From: Candidatus Moranbacteria bacterium GW2011_GWE1_49_15
GTDB lineage: Bacteria > Patescibacteriota > Minisyncoccia > Moranbacterales > GWC2-37-73
Direction: 5' to 3'
NCBI GenBank assembly: GCA_001003855.1
Contig: LCPX01000011.1
Span: 3,681 to 47,663, forward strand
DNA length: 43,983 nt
In this document: positions 17,570-27,700 of the stretch, piece by piece
How positions within the stretch are numbered: position 1 is the stretch's first letter
Layout of the letters: each line of letters starts with the position of its first letter
The notes under the pieces: generated by a model
Seen by the model: the letters and a program-made list of their open reading frames with translations, nothing else
Databases searched by the model: none
What the model was told of the DNA's origin: nothing
Program-made: the position numbers and the translations under genes

Positions 17570-17923
17570 CTACTCTTTTCCATCCCCGCTTTTCCCCATC
17601 TTATGCAAGAACCAATTGACCAAGGAGAGCACCAAGGAAAAGGCCAGGGCCCAGAAGAATCCGTCCACATGGAACCCTTCCACGATTTTCGAAGCCAACA
17701 TGATGAGTCCGGCATTGATGGCCAAAGTGAACAGGCCGAGCGTCAAAATAGAAATCGGAAGCGTGAGAATCACCAGAACTGGCCTAATGAAAGCGTTGAG
17801 GATCCCGATAATCAGCGCCGTGACAAGCGCCGCGAACAAACCCTCCACAAAAACGCCCGGGAGGAGGTAGGCGGTAATGAATACGGCGAGGGCGGATGCG
17901 AGCCAATGGAGAAGTATGCGCAT
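17570..17923 (-). CDS. Phage holin family (YvlD/DUF360-type) 4-TM membrane protein
   Basis: ALIIGILNAFIRPVLVILTLPISILTLGLFTLAINA and GFHVDGFFWAL signature. Confidence 0.9.
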   Translation of the reverse strand: MRILLHWLASALAVFITAYLLPGVFVEGLFAALVTALIIGILNAFIRPVLVILTLPISILTLGLFTLAINAGLIMLASKIVEGFHVDGFFWALAFSLVLSLVNWFLHKMGKSGDGKE

Positions 17924-17994
17924 AGTTTTTGGTTTTTAGTTTGTAGTTTTTAGGTTATAGGGAAAGTATAACACGAAACGAAGCGACGCTTCGT

Positions 17995-18118
17995 AATTTT
18001 AAATTTCAAATTTCTAATTTTGAATCAATTTTAAATGTCACAATTCAGAATGTTTCAAACTTAAATCATTGAAAAATTAAGATTTCGATTGAAATTAAAA
18101 ATTCGAAATTAAAAATTT
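17995..18118. repeat. AT-rich heptamer-periodic inverted-repeat element
   Basis: AATTTTA/AATTTCA/AATTTCT units mirrored by GAAATT/AAAATT units; overlaps the dus stop codon. Confidence 0.6.
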
Positions 18119-19045
18119 TCCCGTAGGTATTCCTCCGTTATCCTCTTGATTTCATTGAAATCCTCCGCTTCCATAAGTTTCACCCGAAGCTCTTTCGCTC
18201 CGGAAAAGCCGCTCACGTACGCCTTGTAGTGTTTCTTCATCACATGGAAACCTTTTACCCCCTCCATCTCTTTTTCGAAAAGCTCCGTGTGCTCTAGCAT
18301 TATTTCCAATCTTTTTTTCAAAGTAATTTCCTTTTGTTCGCGGTCGAAAAACCAGGGCTTGCCGAAGATTCCCCGGCCGACCATGATTCCATCCAGACCG
18401 AAATGCTCGGCTTTTTCAATTCCCTCTTCCAGACTTTTCACGTCTCCGTTTCCAACTACGACTATCCCAGCTTCGCGCGCGATCTCGGCGGCCTTGGCGA
18501 TCTCGTCCCAATGCGCGTCCACCTCGGACATCTCTTTCTTGGTCCGCCCGTGCACGATAAGGCAATCCGGTTTCTCTGCTACAATCTGGGAAATCCATTC
18601 TTCCGTTTCGATCTTGTTGAAGCCGATCCTGGTTTTGACCGAAACTGGAATGTTCGGCGCGCCTTCCTTGGCCGCGCGGATCACCTCCCTCGCCAATTCG
18701 GGAGTTCTGATCAATGCGGATCCAGCCCCCTGCTTGATAACCGCCTTGTCCGGGCACCCCATATTGATATCCAATCCGTCGAATCCCAAATTTGATGTTT
18801 TCAGGATGCGCTCCGAAAATCTGCGCCACGATCGGGCGCTCGTTCTCGGAAAATCTCAATTCTTTGCTTAGAAATTTCCTCCCCTCTTCGCTAGCCAACC
18901 CGTCAGCCGAAACGAATTCGGTATAAAAGACGTCCGGCGCTCCGTATTTGGCGAACATCTGACGGAACGCGAAATCAGTGACGTCCGCCATCGGCGCCAT
19001 GACAAAGAATGGGCGTTTTAATTTTAACCAGAAATTTTTCTTCAT
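18109..19045 (-). pseudogene. dus: tRNA-dihydrouridine synthase (Dus), split by a frameshifting deletion near 18790
   Basis: MAPMADVTD...YTEFVS...AQIFG in one frame and GFDGLDINMGCP...SVKTRIG...HGRT...GNGDV...MVGRG in another; the helix normally between them is missing. Confidence 0.85.
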
Positions 19046-19094
19046 AATTCAATTATACGATATTCGAGGGTATTTATCAGATATTCCATTCTTT

Positions 19095-19212
19095 GAATTT
19101 CTAATTCCTAATTTCTAATTCCTAATAAAATTCCAAATTTCCAATACTTAAAAGCAACTACTTTTGATGGATTTTATTAGGTGAATTAGGTGAATTAGGT
19201 GAATTAGAAATT
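19095..19212. repeat. AT-rich heptamer/9-mer periodic inverted-repeat element
   Basis: Tandem AATTTCT/AATTCCT units mirrored by (TTAGGTGAA)3 TTAGAAATT. Confidence 0.65.
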
Positions 19213-19226
19213 TGTCATTACGGAAT

Positions 19227-19251
19227 AAAAAAGGGCCGAAGCCCTTTTTTT
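19227..19251 (-). terminator. Intrinsic terminator
   Basis: A6-GGGC-CGAA-GCCC-T7. Confidence 0.7.
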
Positions 19252-19621
19252 ATTCCGCCGTCTGTCCGTCCTCGGCTTTCTTGAAGTTCACCTTGAAGAC
19301 CGGCTCATATGGATTCTCATATTCATCCTTCACCTCGACCCTCCCCCCCTTCATCAATGTCGTCATCGCGATGTCCGTCATCATCTCCTTGTTTGTTTCC
19401 ATTTCGAATTTGATGTCGTCCAATTTTTCCCAAGCTTTCCCCATCTCCGCTTGGATCCTGGTCTCGATCTGCTTCTTCTTCTCGCGGAGCTGTTTCATCT
19501 GCTCGACGATCTCCTCATATTCGTCCGCCTGCGCCAGCGCGTCCTTGTACATCTCCTTAAGGTCCTTCTGCTCCTTCTTCATCTCCCTCATCTTGATGAA
19601 AATCTCCTGGATGTTCTGCAT
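19250..19621 (-). CDS. Hypothetical coiled-coil protein
   Basis: E/K/M-rich helical sequence ending in KDEYENPYEPVFKVNFKK; start placed at MQNIQE because the upstream extension crosses a repeat. Confidence 0.8.
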   Translation of the reverse strand: MQNIQEIFIKMREMKKEQKDLKEMYKDALAQADEYEEIVEQMKQLREKKKQIETRIQAEMGKAWEKLDDIKFEMETNKEMMTDIAMTTLMKGGRVEVKDEYENPYEPVFKVNFKKAEDGQTAE

Positions 19622-19634
19622 TTGTTTTATGGCG

Positions 19635-19670
19635 ACCCGAATGACTCGACTGAGCACCCGAATGACTCGA
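19635..19670. repeat. 15-bp direct repeat ACCCGAATGACTCGA x2
   Basis: Exact copies at 19635-19649 and 19656-19670 (21-bp period). Confidence 0.7.
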
Positions 19671-19736
19671 ATAATTTTTAATACCTACCCATCCTATCAC
19701 AGAAACGGAAACCGTAAAAGATTAAAGGGAGAGTGT

Positions 19737-20126
19737 TCACTCTCCCTTTTTTATCCGCAAATAAAATTTCAAAATATTTTCGGTTATCACGGAAAGGTTT
19801 TGCGAAAAGACGTTATCCCACGCAAACCAGCATGACTCATGCTCTCCCTCCTGAGAAAGTCCGCTTCCGGCGATATCCCCGACAAACACAGCGACCTCTA
19901 TATTTTTGCGTCTTGTCGGTGAAATCCCTCGAAATAACCCCGGGAGCCTCCTTGTGACAGAAATCACTTCCTCACATATCTCCTCCGCGACTTCTCTTTT
20001 CATGCAAGCGATTTCAGATTCCCCTTTTTCAATTTTTCCTCCAGGTAAAGACCAGAAATCTCCGTCTTTTACCAACAGGATTCTCCCCTCTTTTTCAATG
20101 AGGATGCATGCGACTTTTACTGCCAT
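19737..20126 (-). CDS. NUDIX hydrolase
   Basis: Nudix box WSLPGGKIEKGESEIACMKREVAEE; start at MAVKV after AGGGAGGG. Confidence 0.85.
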   Translation of the reverse strand: MAVKVACILIEKEGRILLVKDGDFWSLPGGKIEKGESEIACMKREVAEEICEEVISVTRRLPGLFRGISPTRRKNIEVAVFVGDIAGSGLSQEGEHESCWFAWDNVFSQNLSVITENILKFYLRIKKGE

Positions 20127-20318
20127 AAGTCCCTCCCTTGGATTTTGACAATGAACTCCGAAATTATCTTCAAGCCATATTACCACCCGGAGACAAAAAA
20201 GCAACCAATTTTACTTGTGGCTGCCTTCTTGCCTATCTTTTGAATTCCATGCGATTTCCCTTGGGAAATTTTCGCTTAGATTTTTTCTTAACGCTTTTGG
20301 CGTTTTTTGTTTTTTTAT

Positions 20319-20777
20319 TTAATTTTTAGTATCATTAATTCTTTCAATTTGTTTTAAAAGATTATCGCCATTTTTTAGTCTTTCACTATTTTTTAATCCA
20401 TCAGCCATTAGTGCTGGCGGCACATGAACATCATCACTTTCTTTTTCTGAAAGATTTATTATACAATGCTGAATCAAACCAAGATGTTCTTTTATAACTC
20501 TCATTTCCTTGTTGTTAAATTTTGCCGCAATTACATCTTCCAGTTCATTAAGGTAGTGGATAGTTTCTATCCCTAATTTTTGCTGTTCATTTAATCTGTC
20601 GAAAATCTCCTCATCTTCAATTTGATTAGCCTGTTCTCTGGTTACTTCGAGTCTTAGCCCGTTTTCATCAGCCACATACTCGGCTCCTCCCTTGATAAGC
20701 TCAGCATCAGACAAGGCTCTTTCTTTTTGGATTTTTGCCATCTCCTCCGGAGTAGGCATTTTTGGCTCTCCCATCAT
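20319..20777 (-). CDS. Hypothetical protein (AT-rich)
   Basis: 152-aa ORF with an A-rich leader; no motif recognised. Confidence 0.7.
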   Translation of the reverse strand: MMGEPKMPTPEEMAKIQKERALSDAELIKGGAEYVADENGLRLEVTREQANQIEDEEIFDRLNEQQKLGIETIHYLNELEDVIAAKFNNKEMRVIKEHLGLIQHCIINLSEKESDDVHVPPALMADGLKNSERLKNGDNLLKQIERINDTKN

Positions 20778-20883
20778 AAATTTGTTTTTGCGGAATATTG
20801 CCGCTTTTTTTTAATTAATTAAATTAATTTACTTACTTGATTTATCATGCTTCCCTAGCAACCTAAAACCCATAACCTAAAAC

Positions 20884-21579
20884 CTAGTTAAGAATCTTCC
20901 CCGCATACATATCCACATCCCTTATCCACTTGTCCACGCTTTCGGGATTATGGGCGGCGCAGGAGGAGCCGCATTTCCAAACGATCATATTTTTGGCGGA
21001 CTCGACATCGTTTCGTTCGATGATTTCCTCAACCCTTCTGCCGACGATGCTGACCGCCTCTTGGGGAGAATCGAAACAGGTGTGCCCGCCGCTTCCCATA
21101 TTTTCCCTGATGCCGCGGTATCCCCAATAATTGAAACAATCCTGTCCGTTAAGCACCGGCTTTCTTTTTCCCCAATTGCTTTCCTTCCTGGCGATCCCCA
21201 CCAAAAAGGCGGCCGTCTTCTTGTCCTTTTCCGCGATATAGGGAGCCATGATCTCAATCGGCGTGCCTTTGACCAATTCTCGTATCTTATTTTCCAAATT
21301 TTCCTTCCTGACCTCTTCCAAGGTCTTGGGGGCCGGGATGTCCTTCACAAGCTCATCGTAATAATGTCTTTGGACGGCAGTGGCATATCCGGCGAATATT
21401 ATCCCGAACGCCAAAACGGCCATTCTGGATTGGCGGACCGACATTTTCCCGAGATTGAAGCTTCTCTTGATTTCCGCCCCCAGAAATCCGGCTTTTTCAC
21501 GGACAGCTTTAAAATAAGCCTTCTTTGCGGTCTTGGCTTGCTTTAGGATCCTATTGAATTTTTTAAGTATTTTTTTCAT
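20884..21579 (-). CDS. Membrane-anchored lysozyme-fold (glucosaminidase/transglycosylase-like) protein
   Basis: One TM helix, then FLVGIARKESNWG...NYWGY...FDSPQEAV...W, resembling GH73/SLT-type motifs. Confidence 0.6.
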   Translation of the reverse strand: MKKILKKFNRILKQAKTAKKAYFKAVREKAGFLGAEIKRSFNLGKMSVRQSRMAVLAFGIIFAGYATAVQRHYYDELVKDIPAPKTLEEVRKENLENKIRELVKGTPIEIMAPYIAEKDKKTAAFLVGIARKESNWGKRKPVLNGQDCFNYWGYRGIRENMGSGGHTCFDSPQEAVSIVGRRVEEIIERNDVESAKNMIVWKCGSSCAAHNPESVDKWIRDVDMYAGKILN

Positions 21580-21587
21580 ATTTTGGC

Positions 21588-21650
21588 TTTACCCCTGTTA
21601 AATGATTTGCTACGCAAATCCCTTTAAATAAAGGATATAACGGGGTGAAA
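21588..21650. repeat. Nested palindromic element in the 5' UTR
   Basis: Outer arms TTTACCCCTGTTAAAT...ATATAACGGGGTGAAA enclose the hairpins GATTTGC/GCAAATC and CCTTTA/TAAAGG. Confidence 0.55.
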
Positions 21651-21653
21651 ATA

Positions 21654-21690
21654 AAGAGAAAGCGGGCTTTCACCCGCTTTCTATTCTTTA
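21654..21690 (-). terminator. Terminator-like hairpin just downstream of a promoter
   Basis: Minus strand AGAAAGCGGG-TGAAAG-CCCGCTTTCT followed by a U-rich tail. Confidence 0.55.
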
Positions 21691-21702
21691 TCCTATATGT
21701 CT

Positions 21703-21731
21703 ATTATACACCCTTTTAAGCAAAAAGTCAA
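21703..21731 (-). promoter_or_regulatory. Near-consensus sigma70 promoter
   Basis: TTGACT-17 bp-TATAAT. Confidence 0.7.
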
Positions 21732-21758
21732 TGTCCGCGCTTGCGGTATCCTTATTTT

Positions 21759-22025
21759 TCATATCAAATCTTTCTTCATTTGTTCGAACTGCTCTTTGGA
21801 AATTTCGCCTTTGGCGTAACGCTCTTTCAAAATCCGCATGGCTCCGCCCCCTTCTCCCGTCTTGAGTTTTCCTTGTTCATTGGCCCACTTGATAAGCGTG
21901 TAGATTCCCCAGATTACCAGCGCCCAAAAAACGAGTGTGAAAATCCAGCCCAACCCGAAACCGAACCATCCCATCATTCCACCGATTCCTCCTGCTCCGG
22001 GGCCACAAGTATAATTTCCCCACAT
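21759..22025 (-). CDS. SHOCT domain membrane protein
   Basis: GMMG...TM helix...AMRILKERYAKGEISKEQFEQMKKDL. Confidence 0.9.
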   Translation of the reverse strand: MWGNYTCGPGAGGIGGMMGWFGFGLGWIFTLVFWALVIWGIYTLIKWANEQGKLKTGEGGGAMRILKERYAKGEISKEQFEQMKKDLI

Positions 22026-22127
22026 ATTTTTTGTGGTTAATTGTTAGATGAATATAGTACGACCGGGAGAATAAAAAATTGCAAAACAAAAACCGCCCTC
22101 CTGCGGGCGGCTATTTGAAAAATACCA

Positions 22128-22895
22128 TCAACCGTTTTTCTTCTTTTCATTGAGCATCTCCTTTACCTCCAAAACCGTCTTTTCGATCTGCTCTATCTTC
22201 TCCATGTCGTGTTCCTTTTGGAATTTTTGGACGATTTTCTCCTCGCCGCGGAGTTTCCTCTCGATGACGTCTTTGGCTTCATAAATCCGCATGAAGGAAA
22301 AAACCGAAACGGCGGCGAATACTATGCCGACTAAATTGACCAGGAAAAGTTCGAAAGAGCCGATGACCATGTCCTTTTCCAAAAAAGAAATCGAGATGCC
22401 GACGGTCGCCAGCGGAGGAATAAGGGCGACCGCTATCGCTATTCCCGGGAGGATTTCCGAAAGCGCAGGCCGCACCAAGGCGTATGCGACGGCCGCCCCG
22501 GAAACCATGGCGATGAGAAGATAGGCCAAGGAAGGCGAAGTCCTGGAAAATATCTCGGATGTCATCTCGCCGTTCAGGGTAAAAGAGGAGATTATGAAAG
22601 AAATTATCACAACGGTCAGCGCGGACCAAACGATAATTGAACCGGCCCTTTTTATCAGTTTGGTATTTCCTACCACTACCCCCATCGAAAATCCGAGAAT
22701 CGGGGAAAGGATCGGGGCGATCAGCATCCCTCCGATAACCACCCCCGCGCTGTCAATCAAAAGTCCCAGCGTGACGATAATCGCGGAAAGGATAAGCATC
22801 AGATAAAAATCCACCCTTGGAGCGCTTTGGTCGAAAACCCTTGCCACCGCGTCTTCTCTTTGGGATTTCGTGAGTCTAGATGATTTCAAAAGCAT
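22128..22895 (-). CDS. DUF389/TIGR00341 family membrane protein
   Basis: GLLIDSAGVVIGGMLIAP, EIFSRTSP, LPGIAIAVALIPPL, LFLVNLVGI. Confidence 0.9.
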   Translation of the reverse strand: MLLKSSRLTKSQREDAVARVFDQSAPRVDFYLMLILSAIIVTLGLLIDSAGVVIGGMLIAPILSPILGFSMGVVVGNTKLIKRAGSIIVWSALTVVIISFIISSFTLNGEMTSEIFSRTSPSLAYLLIAMVSGAAVAYALVRPALSEILPGIAIAVALIPPLATVGISISFLEKDMVIGSFELFLVNLVGIVFAAVSVFSFMRIYEAKDVIERKLRGEEKIVQKFQKEHDMEKIEQIEKTVLEVKEMLNEKKKNG

Positions 22896-22951
22896 GTTTT
22901 TTCTTTTTTATATTTACATGGATGACCTCATTATAACATGTTCGGAAAATT

Positions 22952-23674
22952 TCAACTCCTCATCCCGAAAATTGCCATCATCGCTTCCAACTTCTCTGGA
23001 CGCCCGTATGAATCCCTCCTGTAGGAAAAATATTTTTCCTTTTCGCGGAAAGTGCATTCCGGACTGGTCTCTATATTGCCCGCGGCAATCCCCTCTTCCA
23101 ACAATTGATGCTTCGCTATCGCCTTGGTATCCAAAAATATCTTCCGGTCCCTCACTTCGAATGACCCTGGGATATGCGCGAACTTGTCCGCCAACTCGCT
23201 TCCGACCTCATAGTGGCATTTCTCCATTCCTGGTCCTATGGCGACCAGGATATTTTCCGCCGTGGCCCCGCTTTCTTTCATCATTCCGACAGCCTTGGAT
23301 ATGATGCCTTTTTCCAATCCTCCCCATCCGGCGTGCGCCAATCCCAAAACCTCGGCTTCGGGGTCGAAAAGGAAAACCGGCAGACAATCCGAGACCGTCA
23401 CTGTCAAAAAAACATCCTTGTCCTTCGTGACGAACCCGTCGGTAGTATCGAAAAATTTTCCCCCGTCCCCCTTGCCCACCAGGGCGATACTGTCCCCATG
23501 GGTGAGATACGCCGTGACGGAATTTTCCATTTCAACGCCCAAACCATCCAGGAATATCTTCCTGTTTTCCTTGACGCCGTCCTCCTCAGAACTGTCAGCA
23601 TAGACCTTCATGGACCCGTCCCTCCTTTCGGAAACCGCGGCTATGACGTTGTATTTTTTGAATATGTCGAACAT
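22952..23674 (-). CDS. pgeF: PgeF/YfiH (DUF152, laccase-domain) family protein
   Basis: THGD, DGFVT, TVSDCLPV, AHAGWGG, IGPGM..CHYEVG, CT....YFSYRR. Confidence 0.9.
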   Translation of the reverse strand: MFDIFKKYNVIAAVSERRDGSMKVYADSSEEDGVKENRKIFLDGLGVEMENSVTAYLTHGDSIALVGKGDGGKFFDTTDGFVTKDKDVFLTVTVSDCLPVFLFDPEAEVLGLAHAGWGGLEKGIISKAVGMMKESGATAENILVAIGPGMEKCHYEVGSELADKFAHIPGSFEVRDRKIFLDTKAIAKHQLLEEGIAAGNIETSPECTFREKEKYFSYRRDSYGRPEKLEAMMAIFGMRS

Positions 23675-23717
23675 ATGTTTGTATTACATTCGGAAGAGTA
23701 AAAAGTAAACCGTACTT

Positions 23718-24161
23718 ATGGATAAGATACAAAAAAACTATTCCGGGCATTTCATTTCCATGGTCGCCTATGGCGCCTTGGTGTCGATCGCGATAAGCGT
23801 ATTATACAGCCTCGGCAAGATCGGAACAAAAATCCCCTCATTCGACCTTGTTATCCTGGGCTTGGCGACCTTCCGCCTCACCCATCTTTTCGTTTATGAC
23901 ATGGTGACCGATTACATCCGTGACTATTTCGGAAAATTCGAACGCGGCGCGGGCAAAACCTTGTCCGAACTTTTGAACTGCCCTTGGTGTACGGGCGTTT
24001 GGGCCGCTCTCCTGATAGGCTTCCTCTATCTGCTCACCCCGCTGGCCTATTATCCGATCTTTTTCGTGGCGCTGGCCGGAATAGGGTCGATCTTCCAGAT
24101 CATCAGCATCTATATCGTGCGGCTCACCCCATCGCAATATAAAAAGGAAATCAAGGATTGA
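23718..24161 (+). CDS. DUF1360 family membrane protein
   Basis: LATFRLTHLFVYD...IR...ELLNCPWCTGVW. Confidence 0.85.
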   Translation: MDKIQKNYSGHFISMVAYGALVSIAISVLYSLGKIGTKIPSFDLVILGLATFRLTHLFVYDMVTDYIRDYFGKFERGAGKTLSELLNCPWCTGVWAALLIGFLYLLTPLAYYPIFFVALAGIGSIFQIISIYIVRLTPSQYKKEIKD

Positions 24162-24196
24162 CCGCTTTCTTTTATTGCAAACGAACCGCTTAAACA

Positions 24197-24232
24197 AAAT
24201 ACGACCGCCGACATGAGCCGGCGGTCGTATTT
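24197..24232. terminator. Hairpin between convergent genes
   Basis: AAATACGACCGCCG...CGGCGGTCGTATTT. Confidence 0.65.
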
Positions 24233-24246
24233 GTGCTGGGACGTTT

Positions 24247-24651
24247 TTACATTTCTTTTCCCATCACCTTTCCTCCCATGATGGAATATTTTCCAGGTCC
24301 GGCGAGCGCTATCGCCAAGGAAGCGAGCAGCAACGTCAGCTCCAATTCATAACCCCCGGAGAAACCCTGGGAGAATTTGACCAGATAGATCGCGAAGAAC
24401 ATATTGATCGCCAGCAGGAATCCGAAGATTCTCGTGAAAATCCCCAAAAGCATCGCGAATCCGCCGAAAAACTCAACAAAAGTCACGATGTAGACGAAGA
24501 ATGCGGGAATCCCCAGGTTGCCGAAAAAAGTTTCGACACCGGCCAAACCGGTTAATTTCCCGTAACCGTGGATGATAAAAACCAAAGCGAGCGCGATCCT
24601 CACCAAAAGCAGTCCCAGGTCCTGGTTGGTCATTTTTTCAAAATTCCTCAT
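24247..24651 (-). CDS. DoxX family membrane protein
   Basis: LLVRIALALVFIIHGYGK, EFFGG..LLGIFTR, GGYE, GPGKYS. Confidence 0.92.
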   Translation of the reverse strand: MRNFEKMTNQDLGLLLVRIALALVFIIHGYGKLTGLAGVETFFGNLGIPAFFVYIVTFVEFFGGFAMLLGIFTRIFGFLLAINMFFAIYLVKFSQGFSGGYELELTLLLASLAIALAGPGKYSIMGGKVMGKEM

Positions 24652-24723
24652 ATTTTTTTACTGAATTATTAATTATTTAAAAACTAAATACCATGCACGT
24701 ATTACAAAGTCCGCGATTTTTTC

Positions 24724-27700
24724 TTACTCCGGGCGCAAAACCGCGCTTTCCACGGTAGCTTTCCTCTCGAATTTGTTCCACCCCACGATTTTTCCCATGA
24801 CCGCGGTAAAAAAAGCTTTGATGGCGACGTAGTACATGAGTTGGCGGTAATAGAACCTTTGCAGCGGCAACCAGAACAGCAAGGTCCACCTCTCCCTATG
24901 TTCCAGAAAAAACGGGATCATGCCTGTCAGAAAATCCATGGCCAAAAACAGCAGGTAATAAACGAGGATCTGTCCGAAAGACGCGGATGAAGAAAAGGAA
25001 AGCGGGTGGCTGTATTTCTGCCATCCCACCCAGAAAAAAGAAAGGATGATCGTCAGGTCCATGAAAGGCGAAATCAGCGGAAAAAACACTTGGAAAACGA
25101 ACACATTGGGCACGGCGAAATTCCCCAACCCTTTGTATTTGGCTTTGAACATGGTATCCCTGTGTTTCCAGGCCGTCTGTAGGGTACCGTACATCCAGCG
25201 GAATCTCTGCTTGATAAAGTCCCTCGTATTGTCGGGGGCTTCGGTCAGTCCTATCGCTTCGTCTTCGAATACGACCAGCTTCCCGCTCCTCAGAATGGAA
25301 AACGTCAGATCAGCGTCTTCCGCCAAAGTGTCATTCGAAAAACCTCCCGCCTCCAAAACGGCTTCCCTTCTCCAGGCGCCGACCGCTCCCGGAACCACGG
25401 TTATGCAATTCATCACTTCGAACGCCCTCTTCTCGATGTTTTGGCTAGTTATATATTCCAAGGCTTGCCATTTCGTAAGAATATTGATCCGGTTGCCGAC
25501 CTTGGAGTTGCCAGCCACAGCTCCGACTCTCATGTCGACGAAAGCCCGGACAAGTTTTTCCATGGTATCAGGCCTGAACAAGGTGTCCGCATCCAGCGTT
25601 ACCACAATTTCCGCTTCCGTCCTCGCTATCCCGAAATTGAGCGCGCTGGATTTTCCCCCGTTTCCCTTGAAACAGATGTCCACTTTGGGGTTGTTCCCGA
25701 ACTTCGCGGACACCCTATCGAAAGTGGAGTCCGTAGAACCGTCGTCCACCACTATGACATTGAAGTCGGAATAAGTGGAATCCAATATGGCCTCGACTGT
25801 CTTGACTATGACTCTTTCCTCATTGAAGGCCGGCACGATGACGCTGACGGACGGAGCGTACGATCCGGAATTTTTCTTATAAGGGGCGTTTTTGGAACGG
25901 ATGCGTTGGGCGACGGCCAATATGGATAGATAGAAGAATCTCAGTGATCCCAAAAATATCCCGACCATGAACATGGTGCGCATGAAGCCGCTGAAATATG
26001 AAATCATCAGGAACGCGGCGTTGTTTATCTTTCCCAAAAGCCGTTCTTTGAACGACATCATCGGCATAACCCCGTCCCTGCCTATTCCCATCAGATCAGA
26101 AACCGTCACCAACTGATAACCCTCCTCCTTCAATTTTTCGATTATATAAGGCAAAGCTTCGACGGTCTGAGACCTGTCACCGCCGCTGTCGTGCAAAAGC
26201 ACGATATTTCCTTTGCCAGCCCGGATATCTTCGACCGTCTTGCCGACTATATTTTCCCATCCTGGCCTGCTCCAGTCCTTCGGGTCGATATGCATGCCGA
26301 TCGTGTAATAACCAAGACTGTTGGCGGAAATCAAAGGGCTGACTTGGTCAGGTGTCGCCGGTTCCACATCTTCCGCATAAGGGGGACGGAAAAGCAACGA
26401 CCTTCTCCCCAAAACGCTTTCTATAAGCCTCTGTGAAGCGTCGAGCTCGAGCTTGAACTGCCTTTGCGTAATGGCGGAAACGTCCGGATGCGTGTAAGTA
26501 TGGACCCCTATCTCATTGCCTTCCCTGTAAATCCTTTTCAAAATATCCGTATTTATATTGGCATTCACCCCTACCACGAAAAAAGTCGCCGGCACGTCAT
26601 ATCGCTTGAGTATATCGAGGATTTTCGGAGTATATGCGCGGTCAGGACCGTCGTCGAAAGTGAGAGCGACCTTTTTGCCGTCCTCTCCCCCCCATCTGGT
26701 TATCACATAGGAAGAGGGATAGGTCAGGACCGATTCCTTGGTGATGAGACCGGATTGGGCGTTATAAGTGATCTTGCGGAGACCGTCATGGGGGGAGGTT
26801 TCCGCTTTCAATATCTCGCCTTCCCCTTCATAGACCAAATCGAAACCGTATCTCATCACGTCCAATTTCCTCACCGTCGAAAGGTCCAGTTTCTCTCTGT
26901 CGGCGAACACGTTCCAAACGCTCGGGTCCTCCGAACCTATCCTCCAAAGCGCAAAGCCATGGGGGTTTCCAAATTGCCTGCCGATCACCATCTCATTATA
27001 AACCGTCGTCGCGTCGAGATACCAAACTTTGTGAAGTTTGTTTTTCTCGTCGTAATAATCGAAGGTGGGATTGAGAGATTGGGATTCCAAGCCGATCTGG
27101 GCTTCCGATTCCCGAGCTATCCTGATCGCGTCCTGGAAACTCAAGGTGTTCGAAATGGCCTCCCCTTCCGTCCAATCATAACCGTAACCTCCGAGAGCCA
27201 CGATGAATTTGTTCGGCGGGACTTGGGAAAACACCCGCGCCAACGCGGTGGAATACCAGGATCTCGAAGAAACCGGCCCCGGCGTTCCGCCGGCATAATG
27301 CTCGTCATACGCCATAAGGACCAAAAAATCGGTCACCGTAGAAAGCTTGCCGATGTCGAAAGAGTCGTCGTCCAGCGGGATGTCTTGCGTGACGACCAAT
27401 CCCTCGGGATGGAACTTCGCATAGAGCTCCTGCATGAAAAGAAAAAGTTCATCCTGGTTGGCATCGGGCACCCCTTCGAAATCGATGTTTATTCCGGCGA
27501 ATTTGTTCGACTTCACGAAGCCGTGGAGACCCTCTACCGCTTTTTTCCTCGCACTCTCTTCGGAAAGCATGCCCACGAGACGATCAGTGTCCCATCGCTG
27601 GGTAATTTCGTTGAAATTGTTTATAAGCGGCACTACGCGCAAGTCGCCCCTGTTTTGCCTTATGAATTCAAGCGTTTCGTCCTGGCGTCGCTGGTTATCA

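Noticed and set aside
17570..17923. Prophage suggested by the holin-family gene
   Set aside because: This family is commonly chromosomal; no phage structural, integrase or lysin genes nearby
18780..18800. Programmed ribosomal frameshift in dus
   Set aside because: Conserved residues are missing at the junction, so a frameshift alone would not restore the protein
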